A DNA stretch of 64,000 nt. Origin: Fidelibacterota bacterium. Lineage in GTDB: Bacteria; Fidelibacterota; UBA2242. Below are positions 10,027 to 19,870 of this stretch, one piece after another (the first letter of the stretch is position 1; every line of letters starts with the position of its first letter). The position numbers and the translations under genes are program-made. The DNA is taken from contig JBNGDF010000001.1 in the NCBI GenBank assembly GCA_049975265.1, positions 154,246 to 218,245 of the forward strand, written 5' to 3'. The notes under the pieces were generated by a model that was not told the DNA's origin, did not search any database, and saw nothing but the letters and a program-made list of their open reading frames with translations.

Positions 10027-10734
10027 ATGAAACGAATTGTCTACATCTATCGCTGGTGCGTGGCGGTTACGGTTTTTGCACTGATTGCGGCGCTCGTATT
10101 TCTCGGACTGATTCTGTATCGCCCGCAGCAAATTTATGTGCTGGTTCAGCCCCTCTGCCGTCTCCTGTTACGCGCCATTTCGGTGCGGGTGAAAGTCACC
10201 GGACTTGGCAATTTCGACCACACGCGTCCCTATTTAATCATCTGCAATCACGAGTCTCTTTTGGATGCCTTTATCTGTCCGGGCTACATCCCGCTCTTTT
10301 TTGCTGTCCTTGAATTGACGGACCATTTCGACTGGCCGGTCTGGGGTAGAATGATCAGGGAGTGGGGCAACATTCCAGTGCGGAAGGGTAATCTACGAGC
10401 CGCCATGAGCAGTCTGGACCGCGCCCGCGATGTACTGAAGAAGGGGACCTCTATTCTCATTTTCCCTGAGGGGGAACGCACTACCACCGGCAAAATGAAG
10501 CCCTTTCGTAAAGGGGCGTTTCATCTGGCACATATTGCACAGGTCGACATCTTACCGATCGGAATGCACGGTCTGTATCGGGCAAAAACCAAAGGTGACT
10601 GGCACGTACGCTCGGCGAATGTCTGTTTTAATTTTGGGCGACCGCTGAAGTACGGGGACTATCGGCATATGAGCATCGACCAGCTCAAAGACTGGGCTGA
10701 ACACGAGATTCGGCGCCTGAAATACGAACGGTGA
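10027..10734 (+). CDS. plsC: 1-acyl-sn-glycerol-3-phosphate acyltransferase family protein
   Basis: NHESLLD (HX4D) and IFPEGERT motifs; start taken at ATG 10027. Confidence 0.85.
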   Translation: MKRIVYIYRWCVAVTVFALIAALVFLGLILYRPQQIYVLVQPLCRLLLRAISVRVKVTGLGNFDHTRPYLIICNHESLLDAFICPGYIPLFFAVLELTDHFDWPVWGRMIREWGNIPVRKGNLRAAMSSLDRARDVLKKGTSILIFPEGERTTTGKMKPFRKGAFHLAHIAQVDILPIGMHGLYRAKTKGDWHVRSANVCFNFGRPLKYGDYRHMSIDQLKDWAEHEIRRLKYER

Positions 10735-10764
10735 AGATTTCGCCACGTATTTAATTATTCTACA

Positions 10765-10792
10765 TTGAGAATATTTAATTTTTTATTAAATT
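10765..10792 (+). promoter_or_regulatory. Putative sigma70-type promoter giving a leaderless mRNA
   Basis: TTGAGA-N16-TAAATT, ending 6 nt before ATG 10799; no Shine-Dalgarno in between. Confidence 0.45.
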
Positions 10793-10798
10793 TAGAGC

Positions 10799-11578
10799 AT
10801 GAAAAAGACCGATTTTTCTTATCTTCCGGAAAAAAAACGCCTGCTCTATGAGCAGATTGCGCGCTCCTACCGAATTCGTGAGCGTCAGAAAAATCTTGCC
10901 TGGACCCCTTTCGAGGCAAAGCTGATCGATAGTAAAATTGCCTTTATCTCCCTGTGCGGTGCCTATCTGAAAAGCGGTAAACCTTTTACCCGAGAATCCC
11001 AGGAGAGCAACTATACTTACCGCTCGATCGATATCAATTTTGATCGCGCCGAACTGGCGTTTTGTGCGCTGGATTGGGAGACTTCGGAGCTGCAGCAGGA
11101 TATCAATGTGGTCTTGCCGATTGACCGACTGGTTTTACTGCAGAAAGAGGGACTGATTGGAAAGGTGAATGAGAATTTCTACAGCTTTTTAGGTATCAAC
11201 GATGAGCACGAGCTTCTGGATAAGGCGATTAAAAAATTGGTGAAACAGCTGAAGAGCGATGATTGTGTGGGGGTGCTGATTATTCCCTGTTCAGCCCGCA
11301 CCGCCGAGACCGCCTGTCTGATTGCCAATCAACTGGAGGCGTCAAGGCTGTCCACCGTCATGCTGACACCCTTTTACGAGCAGGCGCTGGTGATGTCACC
11401 GCCGCGTTGTGCGTTTATCAATTTTCCTTTCGGTCGGATTTTGGGAAAGGCGAATCATGTTACCCTGCATACGGCTATTCTGCGCGACACTTTACGGTTG
11501 TTCGAGAAAGCCAAGGTGCCGGGTGAAATCTTGAACCTTAACTTTATCTGGTCTTATGGTCAGATTCCGGACTGGTAA
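10799..11578 (+). CDS. PrdB/GrdB (proline/glycine reductase selenoprotein B)-like protein with degenerate redox motif
   Basis: KIAFISLCG, DINVVLPIDRL..L..EGLIG, PPRCAFINFPFGRILG; the family UxxC site reads SART. Confidence 0.75.
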   Translation: MKKTDFSYLPEKKRLLYEQIARSYRIRERQKNLAWTPFEAKLIDSKIAFISLCGAYLKSGKPFTRESQESNYTYRSIDINFDRAELAFCALDWETSELQQDINVVLPIDRLVLLQKEGLIGKVNENFYSFLGINDEHELLDKAIKKLVKQLKSDDCVGVLIIPCSARTAETACLIANQLEASRLSTVMLTPFYEQALVMSPPRCAFINFPFGRILGKANHVTLHTAILRDTLRLFEKAKVPGEILNLNFIWSYGQIPDW

Positions 11579-11598
11579 ACCGGATGTTTTGTTCAATT

Positions 11599-11634
11599 AA
11601 AAAAGCCGTCCCGGATCCGGAGACGGCTTTTTTT
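11599..11634. terminator. Bidirectional intrinsic terminator between convergent genes
   Basis: AAAAAAGCCGTC-CCGGATCCGGA-GACGGCTTTTTTT. Confidence 0.9.
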
Positions 11635-11653
11635 ACAAATGGGGCGGTTGGGT

Positions 11654-13114
11654 CTAACCGGTGGCAATTCGTTTAAGTGTTTCCACCAGCAATCCCCAGA
11701 ATCTTTCTACGGTTTCGATTTCCACAACTTCGTCGGGAGAGTGAGGATTTTTTATCGTCGGACCGAAGGAAATCATGTCAATACCCGGAACGGTTTCACC
11801 GATGATGCCGCATTCGAGTCCGGCGTGGATCGCCTTCACTTCCGGTGTTTTGCCGTAAAGGTCCTTGTAAGCGGATTTCATCATTTCCAAAATTTTCGAT
11901 TCCATGTTCGGTTTCCAGCCGGGATACCCGCCACCCTGATGGACCTCTCCGCCAGCCAGTAATCCGGTCGCCTTGACCTGATCGGCGATGTCGATCTTGG
12001 CGGTCTCCACCGAGCTGCGCTGACTGGTCAGAACGGTGACATTTTTTTCATCGGTCTGAACAATCGCCAGACTGGTGGAGGTCTCGACCAGGTCGGGAAT
12101 TGCATGGCTCATGGCGACGACGCCGTGCGGTAATGCGTAGAGCATATTGAGCAGACGGGTTTGAAAATCTTTGGAAAATACTTTCTGTGGTTGGTCGACC
12201 TCTATTATGGCGATGTTAATGCCGCTTTCGATGCCCCGGTATTCTTCTTTGAAAATCCGCTCAAAATCACCAACCAGGGATTTCAGATTTTCTAGGTCGT
12301 CGGAATTGACCACCAGCAGAGCATCGGCTTCCCGGGGAATGGCGTTGTGTTTGCTGCCGCCGCTCAGGGATGCCAGATAAAAGTCGTGCCTGTCATTGGC
12401 ATTCCAGAGCAGGCGATTGAGCAATTTGTTGGCATTGGCGCGCCCCAAGGCAATGTCAAGCCCCGAATGACCGCCCTTCAGACCGGTGAGTTTGATCTGC
12501 AGAGGCTGGTAATCGGCGGGGATATTGATCCACTCAATGGATAGTTCGATTTTGGTGTCTTTACCGCCGGCACACCCGATGTACAGGGCACCATCCTCTT
12601 CAGAATCACAGTTCATCAAAATATCGGCGGTAACAAAGCCGGGTTTCAGGGCGTTGGCGCCGGTCAGACCGGTCTCTTCATCAATGGTAAACAGGAATTC
12701 CATGGGCGGATGCACCAGGTCCGTGGCGGTCATGACCGTGAGTGCTGCAGCGACACCGATACCGTTATCGGCGCCCAGAGTAGTACCGTCGGCGCGAACA
12801 TAATCTCCATCAATCATCATTTTGATCGGGTCTTTTCTGAAATCGTGCTCTGTACCGCTGTTCTTTTCACAGACCATGTCGAGATGACCCTGCAGACAGA
12901 CTTTCGGTTTGTTTTCTGAACCGGCGCTGGCAGGTTTGGTCACAAGAATATTGCCGACACTATCCTGTTTGAAGGGCAACCCGTGATCTTTGGCGACGCT
13001 GATAATATATTGACCCGCCCGGGCTTCGTGTTTGGATTCTCTGGGGATCTGATTCAGTTCATAAAAATAGCGCCAGAGTTTTTCGGGTTTCAACCCTTGA
13101 AATACATAACTCAT
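11654..13114 (-). CDS. pepD: Aminoacyl-histidine dipeptidase (M20C)
   Basis: LQGHLDMVCEK, GTTLGADNGIG, DEETGLTGA, GGHSG, IHAGLECG, PHSPDE; start after GGAGG. Confidence 0.95.
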   Translation of the reverse strand: MSYVFQGLKPEKLWRYFYELNQIPRESKHEARAGQYIISVAKDHGLPFKQDSVGNILVTKPASAGSENKPKVCLQGHLDMVCEKNSGTEHDFRKDPIKMMIDGDYVRADGTTLGADNGIGVAAALTVMTATDLVHPPMEFLFTIDEETGLTGANALKPGFVTADILMNCDSEEDGALYIGCAGGKDTKIELSIEWINIPADYQPLQIKLTGLKGGHSGLDIALGRANANKLLNRLLWNANDRHDFYLASLSGGSKHNAIPREADALLVVNSDDLENLKSLVGDFERIFKEEYRGIESGINIAIIEVDQPQKVFSKDFQTRLLNMLYALPHGVVAMSHAIPDLVETSTSLAIVQTDEKNVTVLTSQRSSVETAKIDIADQVKATGLLAGGEVHQGGGYPGWKPNMESKILEMMKSAYKDLYGKTPEVKAIHAGLECGIIGETVPGIDMISFGPTIKNPHSPDEVVEIETVERFWGLLVETLKRIATG

Positions 13115-13138
13115 GATTAAACCTCCGTTCATTGGGTA

Positions 13139-14347
13139 TTAAAATTGTTTTGTGAGAACGTTTCTAATGGATACCAGAGCCTGATCGATTTCGGCTTTGG
13201 TAATGATCAGTGGTGGTGCAATGCGGATGACATTTTCGTGGGTCTCCTTCGCCAAAATGCCTTCCCGTTGCAGCGCCTCGCAGAATTGGCGGGCACCGCC
13301 GGCGGTGGATTTTAGGACGATACCGATCCAGAGCCCCTTTCCACGATAGAAATCTACGTAGGGGCTCTCAATTTTCCGCAGTTCACCCATTAGATAATCG
13401 CCCATTTCTGCAGACCGGTCAATCAGATGTTCATCGATAATAATCTTAAGTGCCTCCCGGGCGACGGCGCAAGCCAGAGGGTTGCCGCCATAGGTTGAGC
13501 CGTGATCACCCGGTTTAAAAACGCTCAGTATCTCGCGGGAGGCAACCACGGCAGAGACCGGGTACATCCCGCCGGATAGTGCTTTTCCGATAACGACCAT
13601 ATCCGGTTTCACTTGTTCATGTTCGTAAGCAAAGAGCCTTCCGGTGCGTCCCAGACCGCTCTGGATCTCGTCGGCGATGAGCAGAACGTTGTTCCGGCGG
13701 CAGATCTCCGCCGCTTCCCGAAGAAAGCCTTCCCGGGGAACGACTACACCGCTTTCACCCTGAATCGGCTCCACCAGAAAACCGACGGTATTTTCATTGA
13801 TCGCTGCTTTCAACGCTTCGGTATCACCATAGGGAATGATTCTGAAACCGGGTGTCAATGGACCGTATCCCTCTTTGTACTGTTCTTCCGTGGAAAAGGA
13901 AACAATGGTCACCGTCCGACCATGAAAATTCCCTTCGCAGGCGATTATTTCCGCCCGGTCCCGGGCGACGCCCTGGATGGTGTAGCCCCACTTGCGGGCG
14001 GCTTTGATAGCGGTTTCCACCGCTTCGGCGCCGGAATTCATGGGGAGCATCATCTCAAATCCGGTCAATTCGCACAGCTCTTTCGCCAAGAGCGGCAGCT
14101 GATCGTTCCGAAATGCCCGGGACGTCAATGCTAAGCGGGCTGCCTGCTCCTGCAGGATTTTAACGAGACGCGGGTGACAGTGCCCTTGATTGACTGCCGA
14201 GTAGGCGGCTAAAAAATCCATATATTTTTTACCTTCGACGTCCTCGACCCAGATGCCTGAACCGCGGGTGAGAACCACATCCAGGGGCTTATAGTTGTGA
14301 GCCCCGTATTGATTTTCGAGTTCGATACACTCTCTGGTTGTTATCAT
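13139..14347 (-). CDS. rocD: Ornithine--oxo-acid aminotransferase
   Basis: GAHNYKPL, AYSAVNQGHCHP, EPIQGESG, DEIQSGLGRTG, GKALSGG, HGSTYGGNPL. Confidence 0.95.
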   Translation of the reverse strand: MITTRECIELENQYGAHNYKPLDVVLTRGSGIWVEDVEGKKYMDFLAAYSAVNQGHCHPRLVKILQEQAARLALTSRAFRNDQLPLLAKELCELTGFEMMLPMNSGAEAVETAIKAARKWGYTIQGVARDRAEIIACEGNFHGRTVTIVSFSTEEQYKEGYGPLTPGFRIIPYGDTEALKAAINENTVGFLVEPIQGESGVVVPREGFLREAAEICRRNNVLLIADEIQSGLGRTGRLFAYEHEQVKPDMVVIGKALSGGMYPVSAVVASREILSVFKPGDHGSTYGGNPLACAVAREALKIIIDEHLIDRSAEMGDYLMGELRKIESPYVDFYRGKGLWIGIVLKSTAGGARQFCEALQREGILAKETHENVIRIAPPLIITKAEIDQALVSIRNVLTKQF

Positions 14348-14542
14348 ATAAAAACCTCACTTGTGTGCATTTCCGAATTCCACTGTTGCCTGAATTTAGA
14401 TAATGATTGTGGAAAAAGCAGGCGTTTTCTTAAATTAATTAAGAACTTTATAAGTTCCCAATCCCGTCGGAATCCCGGGGTAGTCGCAACATTCTTACGA
14501 GAAAAATGTATTATATCCCCCTGCGTGCGGTATAAATGAACC

Positions 14543-16003
14543 TTAAAAATACCGGCTAAGAGACAATTGGTGGCTGGTTCCGCCCCGCTCCACTGTTTTC
14601 TTGCCGGGAACCGGCTCGGTGAAGTGCACCGGGCTCTCATCGAGGCGTCTGATGACCGGGAGCAGCTGGCTCAGCCGGTACTCCAGGGCATAATCGCCGA
14701 AATTGTACTGTAAAGCGCTCTGGATATCGAAGATATTGGCATCAAGGCGAAGGGGATAGTCCAGCGGTGTCGCCACCAATCCAAATTCCAGCTCGGCTTC
14801 CCCCACCATTTGCAGAAAAATCCTTGAATGCAGATAATGTCCCAGCAAAGTGAACCGGATTTTTGATTTTGAAAGGCGATAAAAATAGAGAACATCCTGA
14901 CTGAAAATCCGCCCCTTCCGGAGTTCGCCCCCGGCTTTGTGGGAGATTGGCAGAATACCGTAAAGAACCCCCAATACCGGCGTCCGGAGGGAGAAATCAC
15001 CGCCGAATGCAGACAGTGAGACTCCGGCACGGAAGTGATGATCTGCTCCGGTATGGTGGCAAAGCAGTGCTCCGCTGTTGAGGCTGAAATCCCCCGATCC
15101 AAGTTCGTCAAAATCGGTGAAGGAGGGCGGATGATTGTCGGTGTGGTAATGGAGTCCGGCATGCGAATAACGAATTTCAGCTGCCAGGCAGGCGGGCTCT
15201 GACTGTCCCAGCTTCAGAGAGAGCTGGGTCGAATGAAATCGGGTTGGGATATCCAGGATCCGCCTGCCGTTCAGAACCGGTTTGTTGGTGGTATTGTTGT
15301 AGCGAAAAGTAACGGCATTGTCCCATTGAAAGTGATTCAGAGCGATACACAGACGGTTTTGGTCATTGCGGAGAGGAATACTGATCCAGGGAGTCAATTC
15401 GAACTGTTGCGTGCGGATTTTGGATTGAATGGGATTCCCGAATGTCCGGGGCAACCAGTCAAGGAAATAACGGTTCAGGCGTGAATCTTCCGAGTGGGGA
15501 TAGGTTTTGATAACGGCTGTCGCGGAATGACTCCGGGATGTCGAGCGGAATTGCAGTCCCAGACTTTTGTTATTGGCGGCTCTGACCCAAAGGATGGCAT
15601 AGGTCTGCCCCTTTCCGTTGCCTTCACCCCGCACGGCGGTCCGGTCGCGCTGGTTTTCGGCGGCAAGCCGATCAAGTCCAATGTGAACCCTGAAGATATG
15701 GTCCGCCGCCGCGGTTCTGACAGGTAATACGAATCGAAAACAGCCCGATTGCTGGTCTGTTGTCAAGACCCGTTGGTCGAAAATTCTTTTCCGGTAGATA
15801 TCGTCATACCGATAGGTGATGTTGAACTCTTTTGTGATGCTTGCAATTTGCCGGTGCAGAATACCGTTGAAATCATCAAGAAGCGCCAACCGGGTAAAGC
15901 TGTCCTGCCACCGGGCGGTGGTGATTTGTATAAATAAAGCAGTAAAGCAGAAGGGGAAAAGCAGTCTACCTTTCCCCTTTTGAATTGCATAAACAGGTTT
16001 CAA
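14543..16003 (-). CDS. Hypothetical protein, probable outer-membrane beta-barrel
   Basis: 486-aa ORF (start uncertain), hydrophobic N-terminus, alternating strand patterns, C-terminal LSLSRYF. Confidence 0.55.
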   Translation of the reverse strand: MKPVYAIQKGKGRLLFPFCFTALFIQITTARWQDSFTRLALLDDFNGILHRQIASITKEFNITYRYDDIYRKRIFDQRVLTTDQQSGCFRFVLPVRTAAADHIFRVHIGLDRLAAENQRDRTAVRGEGNGKGQTYAILWVRAANNKSLGLQFRSTSRSHSATAVIKTYPHSEDSRLNRYFLDWLPRTFGNPIQSKIRTQQFELTPWISIPLRNDQNRLCIALNHFQWDNAVTFRYNNTTNKPVLNGRRILDIPTRFHSTQLSLKLGQSEPACLAAEIRYSHAGLHYHTDNHPPSFTDFDELGSGDFSLNSGALLCHHTGADHHFRAGVSLSAFGGDFSLRTPVLGVLYGILPISHKAGGELRKGRIFSQDVLYFYRLSKSKIRFTLLGHYLHSRIFLQMVGEAELEFGLVATPLDYPLRLDANIFDIQSALQYNFGDYALEYRLSQLLPVIRRLDESPVHFTEPVPGKKTVERGGTSHQLSLSRYF

Positions 16004-16011
16004 TCGGTGCC

Positions 16012-18390
16012 CTATTTCATGAGCGTCATTTTGCGGGTCATCATTTTGTCATTTACCAGCAATTTCAGGAAGTAGATACCGGAGGGATAGCCCGCGGCGT
16101 TCCATTGTAATCTGATTTTCCCGGCGTTCAGTGGTCCATTGTGCAGATTACCGACGATTTCGCCCCTTAGATTGACGATGCTGACGGAGATGTCGGCGGC
16201 TTCGGGCAGGTCGAAAGCGATCGTCGCTACCGGGTTAAACGGATTCGGATAAACGGGGTGCAGAGCGAATGAAACCGGCAGTTTCGGCGCTTCCTCTACC
16301 CCCACCTCTTTGTAGCGATCGGGAAACATTCCGCCCATGGTACTGTCAACGCCCAGTGCAAAATTTTTCCACATGGTTAAAAAACTGGTCGGCGGATTAT
16401 CAAACCAGGCGGAGAGATTGACCCGCTCCCCGTCGATCCACATCATGGAATCCGGATAGGCAAAATCCTCGTACATTTCCCAGGCGTTGAAGGACATCAT
16501 ATCCATAATAAATTCCATCTCGGTGGCGTCCATACCAAAATCATCTTCATAAGGTTTCATGGCGGTCGCCAGATTGACCATATTGTCAAAGAATGTGCCG
16601 AGATTCAGAAAGGCGTCCTCGAGCCAGGCACCGGCTTCATGAAATTTTTCAATACCGTAAGGCGTTACGGTGAGAAAATCCGGGTTGGACTGTTCCAGAA
16701 TCAGGATAATGTCCAACTCTGATTCCACGTTGGAGAAGTCCAGTACCGCGGGGTCCAGGTCCAGGATGAAAATATTGCTCAGTTCTGCATAGATATTCGA
16801 TAAGCCGTCGGCGATCATGGACATCCCGTCAATCGCCAGCTCCATTGCAGCGGTCATCAGGGCAACATGCGATACGGTCAGAGGGGTAATGGAAAATTCC
16901 GAGTTTTCATCCAGAGAATAGAGACCACCGATCTCGTCTTCATTTTCCAAAATAAGAATAACATAGTTCACCGCCTCTTCGCTTTCGATATATTGATCGA
17001 TGTGGTAGCGGATTTCGCTGATCTGATCCTGGAGATCGAAGCTGCTCCAATCATAATAGAAGGTCAGGCTGTCAATATATCCCTCGGAGATAAAATAGAG
17101 CGACCGGTCGATATCACCGAAAAACTCCTCGTCATTCAGCATGTCATACAGCAGGGTCAGAGCCAGCCCGAAGTGCTCGTCGGGAGTAACCAGAGAAGGC
17201 GTCAGGGTTTCTTTGGTCAGGAGCGCCTGTTGATATAAGTGCAGTTTGTTTTCAAATTGCTCTACACTATCATTAGCGTTCAGAATAATGTCCGATTCTA
17301 TCATGGCATACATATCAGAAGTGATGCCCTGCGGGAAGGTATTGCTGAATGTAAAGGATTCGGGTTCACCATTGCGGTAAAAGTCCTGGAATACACCCCA
17401 GAGACCGTCGTGATGGGCGAGACTTTCGATGATACCGCGCGGACGGATTGTTTTGTTTTCTGCTTCAGGTTCGATGGGATACTCTTTGCCAGCCATGAGA
17501 GTGTCAAACTCCACGACCAGTTCCTGCAGGGAATCGATAAACGCCAGATCCAACTCCAACGGAGCAAAGGGCTGATTCAATAAGAGGACCTGAATCGAGT
17601 CGAGCAGCGCATAGAGCGAATCCAGTCCCATATGTACGACGGTGACACCGGGTTCAATGTCATCGCTGTTTGCATTTAGTGAATCCACGACCTGCGTCCA
17701 GCCGCTGTCCAGAGCGGTGCCCATATTTTCGCCCAGAAGACCGATCCTGTCAACACGGTCGAAGAGTGCCCTTGAAAATACGAACAGCGTATCTTCATAT
17801 TCGGTTCCGGTTAATTGAACATAGTACTCAAAATCGGCGGTTCCATTAGCGACGGCGTCCCAGTTATCCCCGAATGTTCCGGCGATGGGATCGGTCTTTT
17901 CGAAAAAGAGCTCCAGAGCGACTTCCATATCGTATACATCGGAATTGATGTTGTCCAGCCAGAGCTGAACGGAATCCCGGTAAGCCGGATAGGTCCCGGA
18001 ATCAAAAAATTCAGTCAATTGCAGCACGAAGTCGTTGGGATTTTCCGCCAGAAAGAGGGGCAGAATATCCACCAGAGACTGGATGGCGATATTAATGGAA
18101 TTTCTTTGCAGATCATTGAGAAGATATTCCATGTCGCTGATCAGTGTGTCGCCGTTGATATGTGTCCGGGCAGCCTGGATAATGGCGAGTCCCATATGAG
18201 CTTTCATAGTCTGTTCATCATCGGCGCCCGGCAATAACGCAAGATATTCGGTTTCCATACTGTCCAGATAATCAATATATGCGGGCGAAATATCCGCTTG
18301 CAGTACGATATCGGGCGTCTGGGCACTCAGGGGGAAACAAAATAAAATAACAAGAAATAGGAACGTAAGATTTTTTGTAGCTTTTTTCAT
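16012..18390 (-). CDS. Large acidic exported protein with a T9SS-type C-terminal sorting domain
   Basis: Signal peptide ending PLSA-Q; Asp/Glu-rich helical body; FALHPVYPNPFNP...PSGIYF...RKMTLMK. Confidence 0.85.
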   Translation of the reverse strand: MKKATKNLTFLFLVILFCFPLSAQTPDIVLQADISPAYIDYLDSMETEYLALLPGADDEQTMKAHMGLAIIQAARTHINGDTLISDMEYLLNDLQRNSINIAIQSLVDILPLFLAENPNDFVLQLTEFFDSGTYPAYRDSVQLWLDNINSDVYDMEVALELFFEKTDPIAGTFGDNWDAVANGTADFEYYVQLTGTEYEDTLFVFSRALFDRVDRIGLLGENMGTALDSGWTQVVDSLNANSDDIEPGVTVVHMGLDSLYALLDSIQVLLLNQPFAPLELDLAFIDSLQELVVEFDTLMAGKEYPIEPEAENKTIRPRGIIESLAHHDGLWGVFQDFYRNGEPESFTFSNTFPQGITSDMYAMIESDIILNANDSVEQFENKLHLYQQALLTKETLTPSLVTPDEHFGLALTLLYDMLNDEEFFGDIDRSLYFISEGYIDSLTFYYDWSSFDLQDQISEIRYHIDQYIESEEAVNYVILILENEDEIGGLYSLDENSEFSITPLTVSHVALMTAAMELAIDGMSMIADGLSNIYAELSNIFILDLDPAVLDFSNVESELDIILILEQSNPDFLTVTPYGIEKFHEAGAWLEDAFLNLGTFFDNMVNLATAMKPYEDDFGMDATEMEFIMDMMSFNAWEMYEDFAYPDSMMWIDGERVNLSAWFDNPPTSFLTMWKNFALGVDSTMGGMFPDRYKEVGVEEAPKLPVSFALHPVYPNPFNPVATIAFDLPEAADISVSIVNLRGEIVGNLHNGPLNAGKIRLQWNAAGYPSGIYFLKLLVNDKMMTRKMTLMK

Positions 18391-18469
18391 GATAGTCTCC
18401 TTGGAATTTTACGTTTTTAATTTAACAATGGAAGGTTAAACAGTATGTATCACAACTCACAATTGGAGA

Positions 18470-19645
18470 TTAGACCAGAAATATCTCCTTTTGCGGATGA
18501 GAGAGCCATTCGCAGCCGTCTTCGGTGACGACAATCATCTCCTCAACGGTGGCGACGCCGTATCCCTCGATAGGCAGGCGCGGCTCAATGGTATAAACCT
18601 GTCCCTCCTCAATTGGCAGATAGGGAACATCACCATACCGTTCCCAGCGCGGTCCCAACATACCGGCGCCGTCGTGGGTCGAACGACCAACCTGGTGACC
18701 AAGTCCGTGAGGAAACTCGGGATAACCTCTGGAGATAATATAGTCCCGGGCGATTTTATCGATCTCCCAGCCCATCAAACCGGGGCGGATGGCATCCTTT
18801 GCCATCTGAACAGATTCGATGATGGTATTAAAACCACGTAGTACTTCGGCGGGCGCCTCCTTTTCGCTATCTCTTAAAAAATACCAGGTCCGCTGTATAT
18901 CGGAACAGTATTCATCTTTTTTCACACCGAAATCAATGTTCAGCACATGCCCCTTCTGAATGATTCGCTCCGTTGGATCGGCGTGTGCACCGGCGGAATC
19001 GGGTCCGGTGAATACCGCCGGACAGGAGCTTTGCTCCCAAGCCGTCGTGACGCCGTGTTCCGCCACTTTATCCAAGATGAAACGAGCGACATCAAGCTCC
19101 CTCATTCCGGGCTGCATATATTCGGAGACCTGGGCGTAAATATTTTCTGTCAGCTGAATCGCCGCCTTGATGCGCTCAATCTCCGTTTTGGTTTTACGAC
19201 CACGCAATGTGGCGACGATTTCTTCCGAGCTGACAAAACGGTCGCTGAATTTGGTTGAAGCCGTCATATCCATCAGTAATTCATACATTCCGTGAGTCAG
19301 CCCATCAGCCATATAGTCGTTTTTCGAGGTGTTAATGGCGATTGTCTGCGGATTCAGGTCATTCAATACAGTCAGAAGTTCATCCTTTAAACCACCGACA
19401 TATTTGCGGATATCCCGATAAAGTCCGGTCAGGCGGACCCGTTCGTGATCCAGGCTGCCAACAATGGCGATTGTTTTGCCACTCCGGGTGATGATAAACG
19501 CCGATTGCCAGGTAACGTTTGTTCCCAGAGTCAGATCAAGACAGGGATCGGCAATGGCTTCGGTCTCCCGTACGAAGGTCAGCCACATATCAATCTGTTT
19601 TTCCTCCAGGATGTCCACCGCCTGCTGAATTTTTTCCTGTAACAT
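18470..19645 (-). CDS. M24 family (Xaa-Pro) peptidase
   Basis: IDFG...YCSDIQRT, HGLGHQVG..THD, YTIEP, VEEMIVVT metal ligands. Confidence 0.92.
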   Translation of the reverse strand: MLQEKIQQAVDILEEKQIDMWLTFVRETEAIADPCLDLTLGTNVTWQSAFIITRSGKTIAIVGSLDHERVRLTGLYRDIRKYVGGLKDELLTVLNDLNPQTIAINTSKNDYMADGLTHGMYELLMDMTASTKFSDRFVSSEEIVATLRGRKTKTEIERIKAAIQLTENIYAQVSEYMQPGMRELDVARFILDKVAEHGVTTAWEQSSCPAVFTGPDSAGAHADPTERIIQKGHVLNIDFGVKKDEYCSDIQRTWYFLRDSEKEAPAEVLRGFNTIIESVQMAKDAIRPGLMGWEIDKIARDYIISRGYPEFPHGLGHQVGRSTHDGAGMLGPRWERYGDVPYLPIEEGQVYTIEPRLPIEGYGVATVEEMIVVTEDGCEWLSHPQKEIFLV

Positions 19646-19700
19646 CGATTCACTCTCCCTTTAATTTACCGGAGCTGAATTTACACGAAAGTATCCTTAA

Positions 19701-19743
19701 TAAAAAATGTCGGAGGAAGTACCGGGCGGTAAATTCCTCCGAC
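19701..19743 (-). terminator. Intrinsic terminator
   Basis: Minus strand GTCGGAGGAA...TTCCTCCGAC followed by ATTTTTTATT. Confidence 0.85.
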
Positions 19744-19800
19744 GCGTGGGGTCTATGGCTCTATTATGAGAGCGGTGGGTTATTGTTACTCAAATAACGC
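19701..19800 (-). ncRNA. Candidate sigma54-dependent small RNA (~100 nt, three stem-loops, intrinsic terminator)
   Basis: Lies between a -24/-12 promoter and a 10-bp terminator stem; internal hairpins GTTATT/AATAAC and GCTCT/AGAGC; no plausible ORF. Confidence 0.55.
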
Positions 19801-19809
19801 CCTACCTAT

Positions 19810-19825
19810 TGCAACGCTTATGCCA
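19810..19825 (-). promoter_or_regulatory. Sigma54 (RpoN) -24/-12 promoter
   Basis: Minus strand TGGCATAAGCGTTGCA versus consensus TGGCACG-N4-TTGC(A/T); exact GG-N10-GC spacing. Confidence 0.7.
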
Positions 19826-19870
19826 AGGATATATGTTCAATGATAACAATATCTTATTATTTATGGTGTT

